A DNA stretch of 64,000 nt, taken from positions 14,138,001 to 14,202,000 of the forward strand of contig NC_086109.1 in assembly GCF_963921235.1 (NCBI RefSeq), given 5' to 3'. A program made the translations under genes and the position numbers. Shown here in pieces: positions 1 to 12,010 of the stretch (the first letter of the stretch is position 1; each line of letters opens with the position of its first letter). The notes beneath the pieces are model-generated. The model searched no databases. It had not been told where the DNA came from and worked only from the letters and a program-made list of their open reading frames with translations. This DNA is from Mobula hypostoma. Its lineage: Eukaryota.

Positions 1-632
1 GACCCGACGCAGACTGGGAGACCACTTTGCTGAACATCTATGCTCTGTTCACCAGAGAAAGCAGGATCTCCCAGTGGCCACACATTTTAATTCCACATCC
101 CATTCCCATTCTGACATGTCTATCCACGGCCTCCTCTACTGTAAAGATGAAGCCACACTCAGGTTGGAGGAACAACACCTTATATTCCGTCTGGGTAGCC
201 TCCAACCTGATGGCATGAACATTGACTTCTCTAACTTCCGCTAATGCCCCACCTCCCCCTCGTACCCCATCTGTTACTTATTTTTATACACACATTCTTT
301 CTCTCACTCTCCTTTTTCTCCCTCTGTCCCTCTGAATATACCCCTTGCCCATCCTCTGGGTCCCCCCCCTTGTCTTTCTTCCCGGACCTCCTGTCCCATG
401 ATCCTCTCATATCCCCTTTTGCCAATCACCTGTCCAGCTCTTGGCTCCATCCCTCCCCCTCCTGTCTTCTCCTATCATTTTGGATCTCCCCTTCCCCCTC
501 CCACTTTCAAATCCCTTACTCACTCTTCCTTCAGTTAGTCCTGACGAAGGGTCTCGGCCTGAAACGTCGACTGCACCTCTTCCTACAGATGCTGCCTGGC
601 CTGCTGCGTTCACCAGCAACTTTGATGTGTGT
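1..632 (+). mobile_element. Penelope-like retroelement 3' part (end of GIY-YIG endonuclease plus pseudo-LTR with hammerhead motif)
   Basis: Same sequence family as 52618..52992, which encodes GVIYC..C..C..LYIGET..RL..RF.EH. Motif agtcCTGACGA..GAAAcgtcgact at 537-572. Confidence 0.85.
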
Positions 633-1469
633 TACAATGATGGTGATTGGGGCATTGCTGCCCTCTGGTGGGCAACAGTGGCAGTGCACAGTGCAGGTCC
701 TCGAGAGGAAGTATTGGCAAGAGAACCAGAACATCAGGCGCTCTTGGTCAAATTATACTTGGGTAGTTCATCAGGGGCCCCAGACATTGGATAGACTCTT
801 TGCCAGCTGTCTATATCTGTGCTGTGTCAGGTTTGGAAGATCGAATTTGCTTTTCCGGGGTGTCATATTCTACATACCCAGCACCCCTCTGTGTGGAAGA
901 AGTTGCCTTTAAAGCTTCTCCCTTTTCAGTTTAAACCTCTGTGTGGGGGGTGGGGGTGTTAGACTGTGGCTATCTACCTTATCTACATCACTCATTTTAT
1001 AAGCCTTCATAAGGTCACCGCTCAGCCTCCCACACGCCAAAGAGGAAAGTCCCAGCCTATCCAGTCTCTGTGTATCTCAAGCACTCTAGTCCCAGAAGCT
1101 TTTTTGTGCTCCCTTTCCAGCTTAATGACATCCTTCCTAGAGCTGGGTAACCAGAGCTGTGCACAATACTCCAAGTGTGCTAATGACCTGCGCAGTTACA
1201 ACACGACATTCCCAGCCGCTGTCTTCAGTGCCCTGACCGATGACGGAAAGCATGTGCAGTGCCACCTTCTACCCCCACTGCCACTTTCAGGGAACTGTGT
1301 TATGTAGCTCTATCTCTAGATCTCTCTCTTCTACAGCACTCTCCAGGGGCCCTATAACGTACTGTTTAACTCATCGTCACAAAATGCTACCATCTTGCAA
1401 GTTGTCCGAGTTAACTTTATACATTCTTTGCTCTCTTTTTGCATCGCTCATTTATTTATAATGTTTTAC

Positions 1470-2405
1470 TCTTTTTCCCTCTCCCCTTATGGGTGGTGTG
1501 TATGTGTATTTTTTTTGCTCAATCTTGGGTCCTCGGCACGGTACCCTTGCTGTTCCTATATAGTACGCTCTTCTGGACCGAGATCTCAGACGTCGTTCCG
1601 GGATTTGTTGGAGCCATTCTCCAGTCCTGGTGTCACAGCTCCAAGTGCTCCTATCACCACCGGGGTTATTCCGGCTTTAACAGTCCACATCCTTTCCATC
1701 TGCTCTTTCAAACCCTGGTGTTCCTCCAGCTTCTCATATTCTTTCTTCCTGATGTGCAAGAAATCCACTGAAACAATCCAGCACATAGTAGCAGGGTGCA
1801 CAATGCAGGCGGGGACAGCATACGCTGAATGACACAGCCAAGTTGCAGGAGCTCTGTACAGGAATGTCTGCACTGAGAATGGATTGGACACTCCCAAGTT
1901 CAAATGGGGAACACCTGAGAAGGTAGTGGAGGATTTCAGAGCTGAGACATGTGGGACTTCCACATGATAAGCAGGTACTGGCCAACCAATCAGACATTGT
2001 AATACCGGACAAGGAACAGAAGAAAGCAATAGTCATAGATGTGGCAATCCCGAATGACAGTAACACCAGGAAGAAAGAGTATGAGAGGCTGGAGAAATAC
2101 CAGGGCTTGAAAGAGCAGATGGAAAGGATGTGGAAGGTTAAAGCCAGAGTAATCCCGGTGGTGATGGGAGCACATGGAGCTGTGACTCTGGAGTGGGCGA
2201 GCGGCTCCAACAAATCCCAGGAACAGGGCCTACCTCAATAAATAAATATAAAAATAAAATAAACATCTGAGATCTCGGTCCAGGAGAGCGCACTACGAGG
2301 AACAGCAAGGATCCTGCGCTGAACCCACAATCTCCCAGGTCCTCCAGGAGAGGATCCAAGATTGAGGGAAAAATACACATACACCCCATAAGGGATGAGA
2401 AAATA
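1470..2405. mobile_element. Two 5'-truncated R4/Dong-clade (Rex6-like) non-LTR retrotransposon copies joined head-to-head
   Basis: Plus copy (about 1751-2405) encodes a zinc-knuckle remnant CKKSTETIQHIVAGC and a restriction-like endonuclease region (DIVIPDKEQKKAIVIDVAIP..KKEYERLEKY). About 1470-1750 is the reverse complement of the same 3' end. Confidence 0.75.
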
Positions 2406-3235
2406 TATTAAAAGTGTACATAATATTTAAAAATATATAGTTGTGTGTGTGTGTGTGTGTGTATATATAGAAAGGGTAACCATAGAAATGTGTGACTGAC
2501 AGCAGTGAAAACCGAGAGGAAGCTACCGGCACGGTGAAGGAAGCCCCGAACACCGCCAGAGATGGAGGACCTCCATTGCCGCCCTAAACACCAGCGGCGC
2601 TACGGGCAGTAAGTATAAAAATCATTGCAATTTGACAGAAACAAGAAACGGTCCTGTACCCCTCAAACACCGGTGACCACACAGACATTCGGACATCCAC
2701 GCACGTACAAATGCTTCTTCAGTACCACACTGGAGGGCCACCTTAGATCTTGTTCTTCCTTCTTAAGTGGGTCTTGAACCAAGAGCCTTCTGGTGCACAA
2801 ACAGGAGCTAAATGGTAGAATTGTTCTTATAAACCAAGAAACATTTGTCAGACATCTGCAGCTGTTTTGTTTGCTCTTTGAAGTATCACATTCAAGTGTT
2901 TAGCACTGGTAGATACCACAAGATAACCCAGCGGGAAAATTATTAACTATTACTGAAATGAGCTCAACTCTTCTGGTGTCAGCCCTGAAGGATTTAAGGT
3001 CACGCTTGTTTATACAGCATGACTACTTAAAAACTTGCACTGAGCTGTCAAACAATGGTTGGGTGATGTTCCAAAAATAATCTGATACAAAATAACAGCT
3101 CTCCTAATTTATTTTGAAGTTTTAAAAAAAGTTTATGTGAAGTCAAATCCATGTGCCCGAGGTGCAAAATTTGTCAATTTTTGAAACTAAATTGATTTGA
3201 ATAGTTCAAAAAAGCAAATTAAAATAGATAGATAG

Positions 3236-4452
3236 GATTGTGAGAAAACTTTTGGCACATTGGTCTCCATAAATCAACATATTGAGTACAGGAGATGAGT
3301 TGTTATTTTGAAGTTGCATACGAAGTTGGTGAGGCCTAATTGGAATATTGCGCGCCGTTTTGGTGACCTACCTACAGGAAAGATGGGAACTAGGTTGAAA
3401 GAGTACAGAGACAACTTGCAAGGATTTTGCCAGTTCTGGAGGTACAGAGTTACAAGGAAAGATTGAATAAGTTAGGAGTGTATTCTTAAGAACGTTGAAG
3501 ATTGAGAGGAGATTTGATAGAGGTATAAAAAATTATGAGGGGTATAGATAGGGTAAGTGCAAGCAGGCTTTTTTCCCACCGCGATTGGGTGGGGCTACAG
3601 CTAGAGGTCATGGGTTAAGGGGGAGCATGAGGGGGAAACTTCTTCACTCAGATGCCAGCTCAAGTAGTGCATGCAAGCTCGATTTCAATGGTTAAGAGTA
3701 GTTTGGATAGGTACGTGGATAGTAGGGGTACGGAGTGCCATGACCCTGGTGCGGGTCGATGAGAGGAGGCAGTTCCAATGGACTAGATGGGCTGAAGGGC
3801 CTGTGTCTGTGATGTACTTCTCTATAACTCTATGACCCCAAAATTGCCTTTGAGAGTCAGCATGGTGCCAGGATTTTCCAGGCTGTGATTCTTGTTCCTT
3901 CGTCAGACCCCACTTGAAGTACTGTGTTTCATCCTCACTACAGGAAGGATGTGGATACTATAGAGAGAATGCAGAGGAGATTTACAAGGATGTTGCCTGG
4001 TTTGGAGAGCGTCCCTTATGAGAATAGGTTGAGTGAACTTGGCCTTTAATCCTTGGAGCGACGGAGGATGAGGGGTGACCTGATAGAGGTGTATAAGATG
4101 ATGAGAGGTATTGACTGTGTGGATAGTCAGAGGCTTTTTCCCAGGTCTGAAATGGCTAACACTAGGGGGCATAGTTTTAAGGTGCTTGGAATTAGGTACC
4201 GAGAGGATGTCAGGGATAAGTTTTTCACACAGAGAGTGGTGGGTGTATGAAATGCACTGCCAGTGGCAGTGGTGGAAGCAGATACAATAGGGTATTTTAA
4301 GAGATTCTCAGATAGGTACATGGAGCTTAGAAAAATAGAGGGCTACAGGCTCAGGAAATTCTAGGCAGTTTCTAGAGTAGGTTACATGGTTGGCACAACA
4401 TTGTGGGCCGAAGGGCCTATAATGTGTTGTAGATTACTATGTTCTATGTTCT
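3236..4452 (+). mobile_element. Two tandem 5'-truncated CR1 LINE 3' fragments (about 3236-3835 and 3905-4452)
   Basis: ERRRMRGDLIEVYKMMRG..TRGHSFK..FFTQRVV peptide and short-repeat tails (ctatgttctatgtt). Confidence 0.8.
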
Positions 4453-5607
4453 TCACCAATGGTCTGCCAGAGAGAGCTGCAGAGGTGGGCATAGTTACAA
4501 TGTTTAAAATGCATTTAGACAGGTGCAGGTGGGTATAAAAGCCTTATAGTAAGTGGGGCATTTTGGTCAGTACAGAGAAACAAGAGAATCTGCTGGAAAT
4601 TTTGATAATATACTGGAAGAACTCTACAAGTCAGGCAGCATCTATGGAAGAGAATAAACAGTCAATATTTCAGGTCAAGCCCTGATGAAGAATCTTAGCT
4701 CAAAATGTCAACTGTTCACTTCCCTCTATAGAGGCTGCCTCACCTGCTGAGTTCCTCCAGTATTTTGTGTGTGTTGGTCAGTATGAACAAGTTGGGCCGA
4801 AGTGCCTGTTTCTGTGCAGGATAACCCCATGACTCTTGACTTTGTCACCAAGTCAGGTTATAACAAATCAAAAGGTCTGCAAATGCTGGAAATCCAAACG
4901 AACACACACGAAATGCAGGAGGGAACTCGGCATGTCAGGCAGCATCTATGGATAGTCAACTTTTTGGGCTTCACCAGTCACCTTCCAGCGAGCCTCCTCC
5001 CCCTCCACCCACCTTTTTTATTCTGGCATATTCCCCCTTCCTTCTCAGTCCTGAAGAAGGTTCTCAGCCTGAAACGTTAACTATCTTCATTTCCATAGAT
5101 GTTGCCTGACCTGCCGATTTCCTTCAGCATTTTGTGGGTGTCATTTTATAACAGATTGAGCTACCTACTGTAATTAATCCTTACAAAAAAAAACTCCTAC
5201 TTAGCAACAATTTTTATTTTTCCAGCGGCTGGGAGGTTATCCTCTGCCTCGGTGATCACAGATGTTGGATCTGGAGATGTTATGATCCAATGGTTCTTTG
5301 GAAGTCAAGAAAGACACATAAAACCTGGTGGTTATGGTCATTATTATATGATAATGATCATCATCAGGTGTTATGAGACCAAAGAACAAACAAAGAAAGG
5401 AAACAATGAAGTTGTGGTCATCCTATAGACTATAAGACCATAAGACATAGGAGCTGAATTAGGCCACTCAGCCCATCGAGTCTGCTTTGCCATTCTAACA
5501 TGGCTAATTTATTCTCTTTCTCAACCCCATTCTCTTGTCTTCTCCCTGCGACCTTTGATGCCCTGACTAACCAAGAACCTATCAACCAACACTTTAAATA
5601 TGCTCAA

Positions 5608-5736
5608 ACAACAGGAATACTGCAGATGCTGGAAATTCAAGCAACATACATCAAAGTTGCTGGTGAACGCAGCAGGCCAAGCAGCATCTATAGGAAGAGG
5701 TGCAGTTGACGTTTCAGGCCGAGACCCTTCGTCAGG
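5608..5736 (-). mobile_element. 129-bp Penelope pseudo-LTR insertion with 11-bp TSD
   Basis: Flanked by aatatgctcaa at 5597-5607 and 5737-5747. Reads cCTGACGAagggtctcggcctGAAAcgtc on the minus strand. Confidence 0.85.
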
Positions 5737-8190
5737 AATATGCTCAATGATTTGGCCTCTACAGTCATCCAGGGCAATCAATTTAACAAATTAACCATCT
5801 GGCTAAAGAAATTCCTTGTCATTTCTGTTCTGAATGGACATCCCTCTATTCTGAGGCCGTGTGCTCTGGCGCTAGACTCATGCACTATAGGGGATATCTG
5901 CTCCACATCCACTCTGTCTAGGCCTTTCAATATTTCATGGGTCTCAATGACATCCCCCCTCATTCTTCTAAGTTCCATCAAGTACAGGAACAGAGCATAA
6001 AGTGCTCCTCATACGTTAAGACTTTAGTTCCAGGAATCATTCTTGTGATCCTCCTCTGGAGCGTCTCTAAAGCCAGCACGTCTTTTCTTAAATAAGGGGC
6101 CCAAAGCTGCACAAAATACTCCGTGTGGTTTGACCAATGCCTTAAAAAGCATGCGTGGTTTTGTATTCGAGTCATTCCAAAATTAATGATAACATTTCAT
6201 TTGCCTTCATCACCACTGACTCTACCTGCAAATTAACCTTTATGAATCCTGCATGTGCTCTCCCAAGTCCCTTTGCAGCTTGGAGTTTTGAATTTTCTCC
6301 CTGTTTAGAAAATAGTCTACACCTTTATTCCTTCTACCAAAGTGCATGACCATACACTATTTTACATCTGCCACTTCCTTGCCCATTCTCCCAACATGTC
6401 CAGGTCCTTCTGCAGACTCCCTGCTTCCTCAGCACTACCTGCCTCTCAACCTATCTTTGTATCATCTGCAAACCTGGCCACAAAGCCATCAATTCCATCA
6501 TCCAAATCACTGACATATAACGTGAAAGGAAGCAGTCCTAATACCGACCACTTGCCACTAGCAGCCAACCAGAACAGACACTTCGTCTCCTGCCAATCAG
6601 CCAATGTTCTGTCCATGCTAGTATCTTTCCTGTAATATAATGGGTTCTTATCTAGTTAAGCAACCTCATACATGGCACCTTGTCAAAGGCCTTCTGAAAA
6701 TCTAAGTAAGCAACATCCACTGACTCTCCTTTCTTTATCATGCCTATTATTTCCTCAAAGGATTCCAACAGAGTTGTCAGGCAAGATTTCCCCTTAAGGA
6801 AACCATGCTGACTTCGGCCTATTTTATTATGCACCTCCAAGTACCCTGAAATGTCATCCTTAATAAAGAACTCCAACATCTTCCCAACCACTAGCCTATA
6901 ATTTCATTTCTTCTATTGGCTTCCTTTCTAGAAGAGTGGAGTGACATTTGCAGTCTTCCGGAACCATTCCAGAATCTAGTAATTCTTGAAAGATCATTAC
7001 TAATGCTTCTACAATCTCTTCAGCCACCCCTATCAAAACTCTGGGGTGTTGTCCATCTGGTCCAGGTGACTTACCTACCTTCAGATCTTTCAGTTTCCCA
7101 AGCACCTTCTCCTTACCAATAGCAACTGCACTCAAGTCTGCCTCCTGACACTCTCAAATTTCTGCTAGTGTCTTCCACAGTGAAGGCCGATGCAAAATAC
7201 CTAATAAGTTCATCACCATTTCTTCATCCCCCATTTCTACCTCTCCACCATCTTCCAGCGGTCCAATATTCACTCTCACCTCTCTTTCACTCTTTATATA
7301 TCTGAATAAATTTTTAGTACCCTCTTTGATATTATTAGCTAGCTTACCTTCAAATTTCATCTTTTGTCATCTTATCATTTTTTAAAATTGCCTTTTGTTG
7401 GTTTATGAATGCTTTCAAATCCTCTAATTTCCCATTAATTTTTGCAATATTATACAGTATACCCTCTCCTGTCCTTTTATGCTGTCTTTGACTTCCCTTG
7501 TCAGACACGGTTGCCTCATCCTCCCTTTAGAATACTTCTTCATCTTTGGAATGTATCTACCCTGAGCCTTCCAAGTTGCCCCCTGAAACTCTAGCCATTG
7601 CTGTTTTGCCATCATCCCTGCTAGTGCTCCCTTCCAATCAACCTTGGCCTGCTCATCTCTCAAGCATCTGTAATTCCCTTTACTCCACATAACACTGATA
7701 CATCTGACTTTATCTTCTACTTCTCAAATTGCAGTGTGAATTCTATCATATTATGATCACTGCCTCCTGAGTGTTTCTATACATTAGCTCCCTAATCAAA
7801 TCTGGTTCACTGCACAACACCCAATCCAGAATTGCCTTTCTCCTAATGGGCTCAGCTACAAGCTGCTGTAAAAAGAAACCTCTTAGGCATTCTACAAATT
7901 CCCTCTCTTGGGTCAGGCACCAACTTGATTTTCCCTATCCTGCATCCCGGCTACTGTTCAGGTTCCTATATACAACTCCCATCAGGGTCTTTTTACCAAC
8001 AGAACTACCCGCCACCTCTGCCCATCTGCCTGTCCTTTTGATACAAGATGTATCCTTCGATGTTAAGCTCCCAACTATCAACTTTCAGCCAGATCTCAGC
8101 GATACCCACATCATACCTGACGATCTCCAAATGCGCTGCAAGATCATCTACCTAATTCCGTATATTGTGCGTTCAAATATAATGCTTTCA

Positions 8191-11100
8191 GGCCTGGCAA
8201 ATGACACTTAAAGGATTGACGGTGGATATGCAATGGCAAGCATTTAAAGGTTGCATGGATGAACTACAACAATTGTTCATCCCAGTTTGGCAAAAGAATA
8301 AATCAAGGAAGGTAGTGCACCCGTGGCTGACAAGAGAAATTAGGGATAGTATCAATTCCAAAGAAGAAGCATACAAATTAGCCAGAGAAAGTGGCTCACC
8401 TGAGGACTGGGAGAAATTCAGAGTTCAGCAGAGGAGGCTTAATTAGGAAGGGGACAAAAGATTATGAGAGAAAACTGGCAGGGAACATAAAAACGGACTG
8501 TAAAAGCTTTTATAGATATGTATAAAGGAAAAGACTGGTAAAGACAAATGTAGGTCCCCTGCAGACAGAAACAGGTGAATTGATTATGGGGAGCAAGGAG
8601 ATGGCAGACCAATTGAATAATTACTTTGGTTCTGTCTTCACTAAGGAGGACATAAATAACCTTCCAGAAATAGTAAGGGACAGAGGGTCCAGTGAGATGG
8701 AGGAACTGAGCGAAATACATGTTAGTAGGGAAGTGGTGTTAGGTAAATTGAAGGGATTGAAGGCAGATAAATCCCCAGGGCCAGATGGTCTGCATCCTAG
8801 AGTGCTTAAGGAAGTAGCCCAAGAAATAGTGGATGCATTAGTGATAATTTTTCAAAACTCGTTAGATTCTGGACTAGTTCCTGAGGATTGGAGGGTGGCT
8901 AATGTAACCCCACTTTTTTTTTTTAAATCTTTTTATTGAGTAAGTATACAAAAGAGGTAAGCCATATAAACATTAATACAATGTTAAAGTATAATAAAAT
9001 TCCAAAAGATAACAATACCAAAAAGAAAATACTACAAACAATGTAATTTAAGCATAAGAAACCAAGATAACATAATAGTATACTAGATTTTATATATATC
9101 AATGGAAAAAAAGAAAAAAAAAACCCCAAAAAAAAAACCCACCGTGCAACTAACTAAAAGCAAAGCAAAGCAATGGGCTAACTTGAAACCAAACAGAGTT
9201 AAACTTAAAATCACGTCCTCAATCCCGACCTCCATTAAAACAGTGAAAAAAAAACAAGAAGGGTAAATATTACATTAAATGAAAATATCGAATAAAAGGT
9301 CCCCAAATCTGTTCAAATTTAAATGAAGAATCATAAAGGTTACTTCTAATTTTCTCCAGATTCAAACATAAAATCGTCTGAGAAAACCAAAAAAAGGTAG
9401 TTGGAGCATTAAGCTCTTTCCAATGTTGTAAAATACATCTTTTCGCCATTAAAGTAAGAAATGCAATCATTCTACGGGCTGAAGGGGAAAGATTACTAGA
9501 AATTTTAGGTAGTCCAAAGATAGCAGTAATAGGGTGAGGAGAGATATCTATATTTAATACCTTAGAAATAATATTGAAAATATCTCTCCAAAAAGTTTCC
9601 AAAGTAGGGCAAGACCAAAACATATGAGTTAAAGAGGCTATCTGCCCCGAACATCTATCACAGAAAGGATTAATATGCGAGTAAAAACGCGCTAACTTAT
9701 CTTTGGACATATGTGCTCTATGCACCACTTTAAATTGAATTAGGGAATGTTTAGCACAAATAGAGGAAGTATTAACTAAGTCGACTCTAAAATTTCTTCA
9801 TTTATTTGGCAGAATAAGAATCCGAGACTGGGTAAAATACATTTACAGAAAGCTAAGAGAGATGGAGGTTTAGCATTACCTAACTTTAGATTTTATTATT
9901 GGGCTATTAATATTCGACATATGAAATTTTGGTTACTTGACCGGGATATACTATCTATTCCTAAATGGGTAGCATTGGAATTACAATCTGTTCAGGGTTA
10001 TACACTTGGTTCTATTTTAGGTTCATCTCTTCCTTTTGATTTGAAACGCCTTAAGCAGGTCTCTAACCCGATCGTTAAATATGCTTTGCGTATTTGGTTT
10101 CAATTCAGAAAATTTTTTGATCTTAATCAATTCGGGTTAGCGATTCCTATTTTAGGTAACATATTTTTTCCTCCCTCTTTTACGGATCGCGCTTTTCAAA
10201 CTTGGAAGACTAAGGGTATTTTACGGTTTTTGGATTTATTTTTAGATGGTTCCCTTATGTCTTTTGAACAATTATCTAATAAATATAACTTATCAAGAAT
10301 ACATTTTTTTAGATATTTACAAGTCAGAAATTTCCTAAGTACTATACTTTCTTCCTTTCCAATGCTTCCTCCTATATATATTTTAGATTCGATAATTAAC
10401 CTTAATCCATGTCAGAAAGGTGCATCGGCTATGATTTATAATATTATTATGAAACTTAGGAAAGCTCCATTTGATAAGATTAGGGTAGATTGGGAACAGG
10501 AATTGGGGCTTACCATTTCTGTGGATGATTGGGGGCAGATTTTACAATTAGTTAATACTTCCTCTATTTGTAACCCCACTTTTTAAAAAAGGAGGAAGAG
10601 AGAAACCGGGGAATTATAGACCGGTTAGCCTAATGTCGGTGGTGGGGAAACTGCTAGTTATCAAGGATGTGATAACAGCACATTTGGAAAGCGGTGAAAT
10701 CATCGGACAAAGTCAGCATGGATTTGTGAAAGGAAAATCATGTCTGATGAATCTCATAGAATTTTTTGAGGATGTAACTAGTAGAGTGGATAGGGGAGAA
10801 CCAGTGGATGTGGTATATTTGGATTTTCAAAAGGCTTTTGACAAGGTCCCACACAGGAGATTAGTGTGCAAACTTAAAGCACACGGTACTGGGGGTAAGG
10901 TATTGGTGTGGGTGGAGAATTGGTTAGCAGACAGGAAGCAAAGAGTGGGAATAAACGGGACCTTTTCAGAATGGCAGGCGGTGACTAGTGGGGTACCGCA
11001 AGGCTCAGTGCTGGGACCCCAGTTGTTTACAATATATATTAATGACTTGGATGAGGGAATTAAATGCAGCATCTCCAAGTTTGCGGATAACACGAAGCTG

Positions 11101-12010
11101 GGTGGCAGTGTTAGCAGTGAGGAGGATGCTAAGAGGATGCAGAGTGACTTGGATAGGTTGGGTGAGTGGGCAAATTCATGGCAGATGCAATTTAATGTGG
11201 ATAAATGTGAAGTTATCCACTTTGGTGGCAAAAATAGGAAAACAGATTATTATCTGAATGGTGGCCGATTAGGAAAAGGGGAGGTGCAACGAGACCTGGG
11301 TGTCATTATACACCAGTCATTGAAAGTGGGCATGTGGGTACAGCAGGTGGTGAAAAAGGCGAATGGTATGCTGGCATTTATAGCGAGAGGATTCGAGTAC
11401 AGGAGCAGGGAGGTACTACTGCAGTTGTACAAGGCCTTGGTGAGACCACACCTGGAGTATTGTGTGCAGTTTTGGTCCCCTAATCTGAGGAAAGACATCT
11501 TTGCCATAGAGGGAGTACAAAGAAGGTTCACCAGATTGATTCCTGGGATGGCAGGACTTTCATATGAAGAAAGACTGGATGAACTGGGCTTGTACTCATT
11601 GGAATTTAGAAGATTGAGGGGGGATCTGATTGAAACGTATAAGATCCTAAAGGGATTGGACAGGCTAGATGCAGGAAGATTGTTCCCGATGTTGGGGAAG
11701 TCCAGAACAAGGGGTCACAGTTTGAGGATAAAGGGGAAGCCTTTTAGGACTGAGATTAGGAAAAACTTCTTCACACAGAGGGTGGTGAATCTGTGGAATT
11801 CTCTGCCACAGGAAACAGCTGAGGCCAGTTCATTGGCTATATTTAAGAGGGAGTTAGATATGGCCCTTGTGGCTATGGGGGTCAGGGGGTATGGAGGGAA
11901 GGCTGGGGCGGGGTTCTGAGTTGGATGATCAGCCATGATCATAATAAATGGCGGTGCAGGCTCGAAGGGCCGAATGGCCTACTCCTGCACCTATTTTCTA
12001 TGTTTCTATG
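8191..12010 (+). mobile_element. Younger 5'-truncated CR1 LINE, interrupted by an L1
   Basis: ORFs 8580..8939 and 10633..11919 form a contiguous CR1 ORF2 ([28 protein letters not shown]) once 8919-10584 is removed. Tail ttctatgtttctatg. Confidence 0.93.
8919..10568 (-). mobile_element. L1-clade LINE, 5'-truncated with 5' inversion, poly(A) and TSD
   Basis: ORF 9270..9728(-) has the C-terminal CxxC..HMFWSC zinc-binding region. 9780-10571(+) encodes FIW..K.PRL..GGLALPNF..YYWA. AATAAA on minus at 8937-8932, T-run 8914-8924, TSD tgtaaccccacttttt. Confidence 0.9.

Noticed and set aside
244..912. 222-aa ORF and similar Pro/Ser/Leu-rich ORFs in Penelope terminal repeats
   Set aside because: Low-complexity readings of the pyrimidine-rich pseudo-LTR. 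Frames are not preserved between copies.
2500..2615. GC-rich stretch ending in gtaagt (possible exon of a plus-strand neighbour such as SOX13)
   Set aside because: Translations match nothing I recognise, and no partner exons were found.
10633..11919. 428-aa RT ORF as a functional reverse transcriptase
   Set aside because: The catalytic motif reads FADN rather than FADD, and the element is 5'-truncated and interrupted by an L1.
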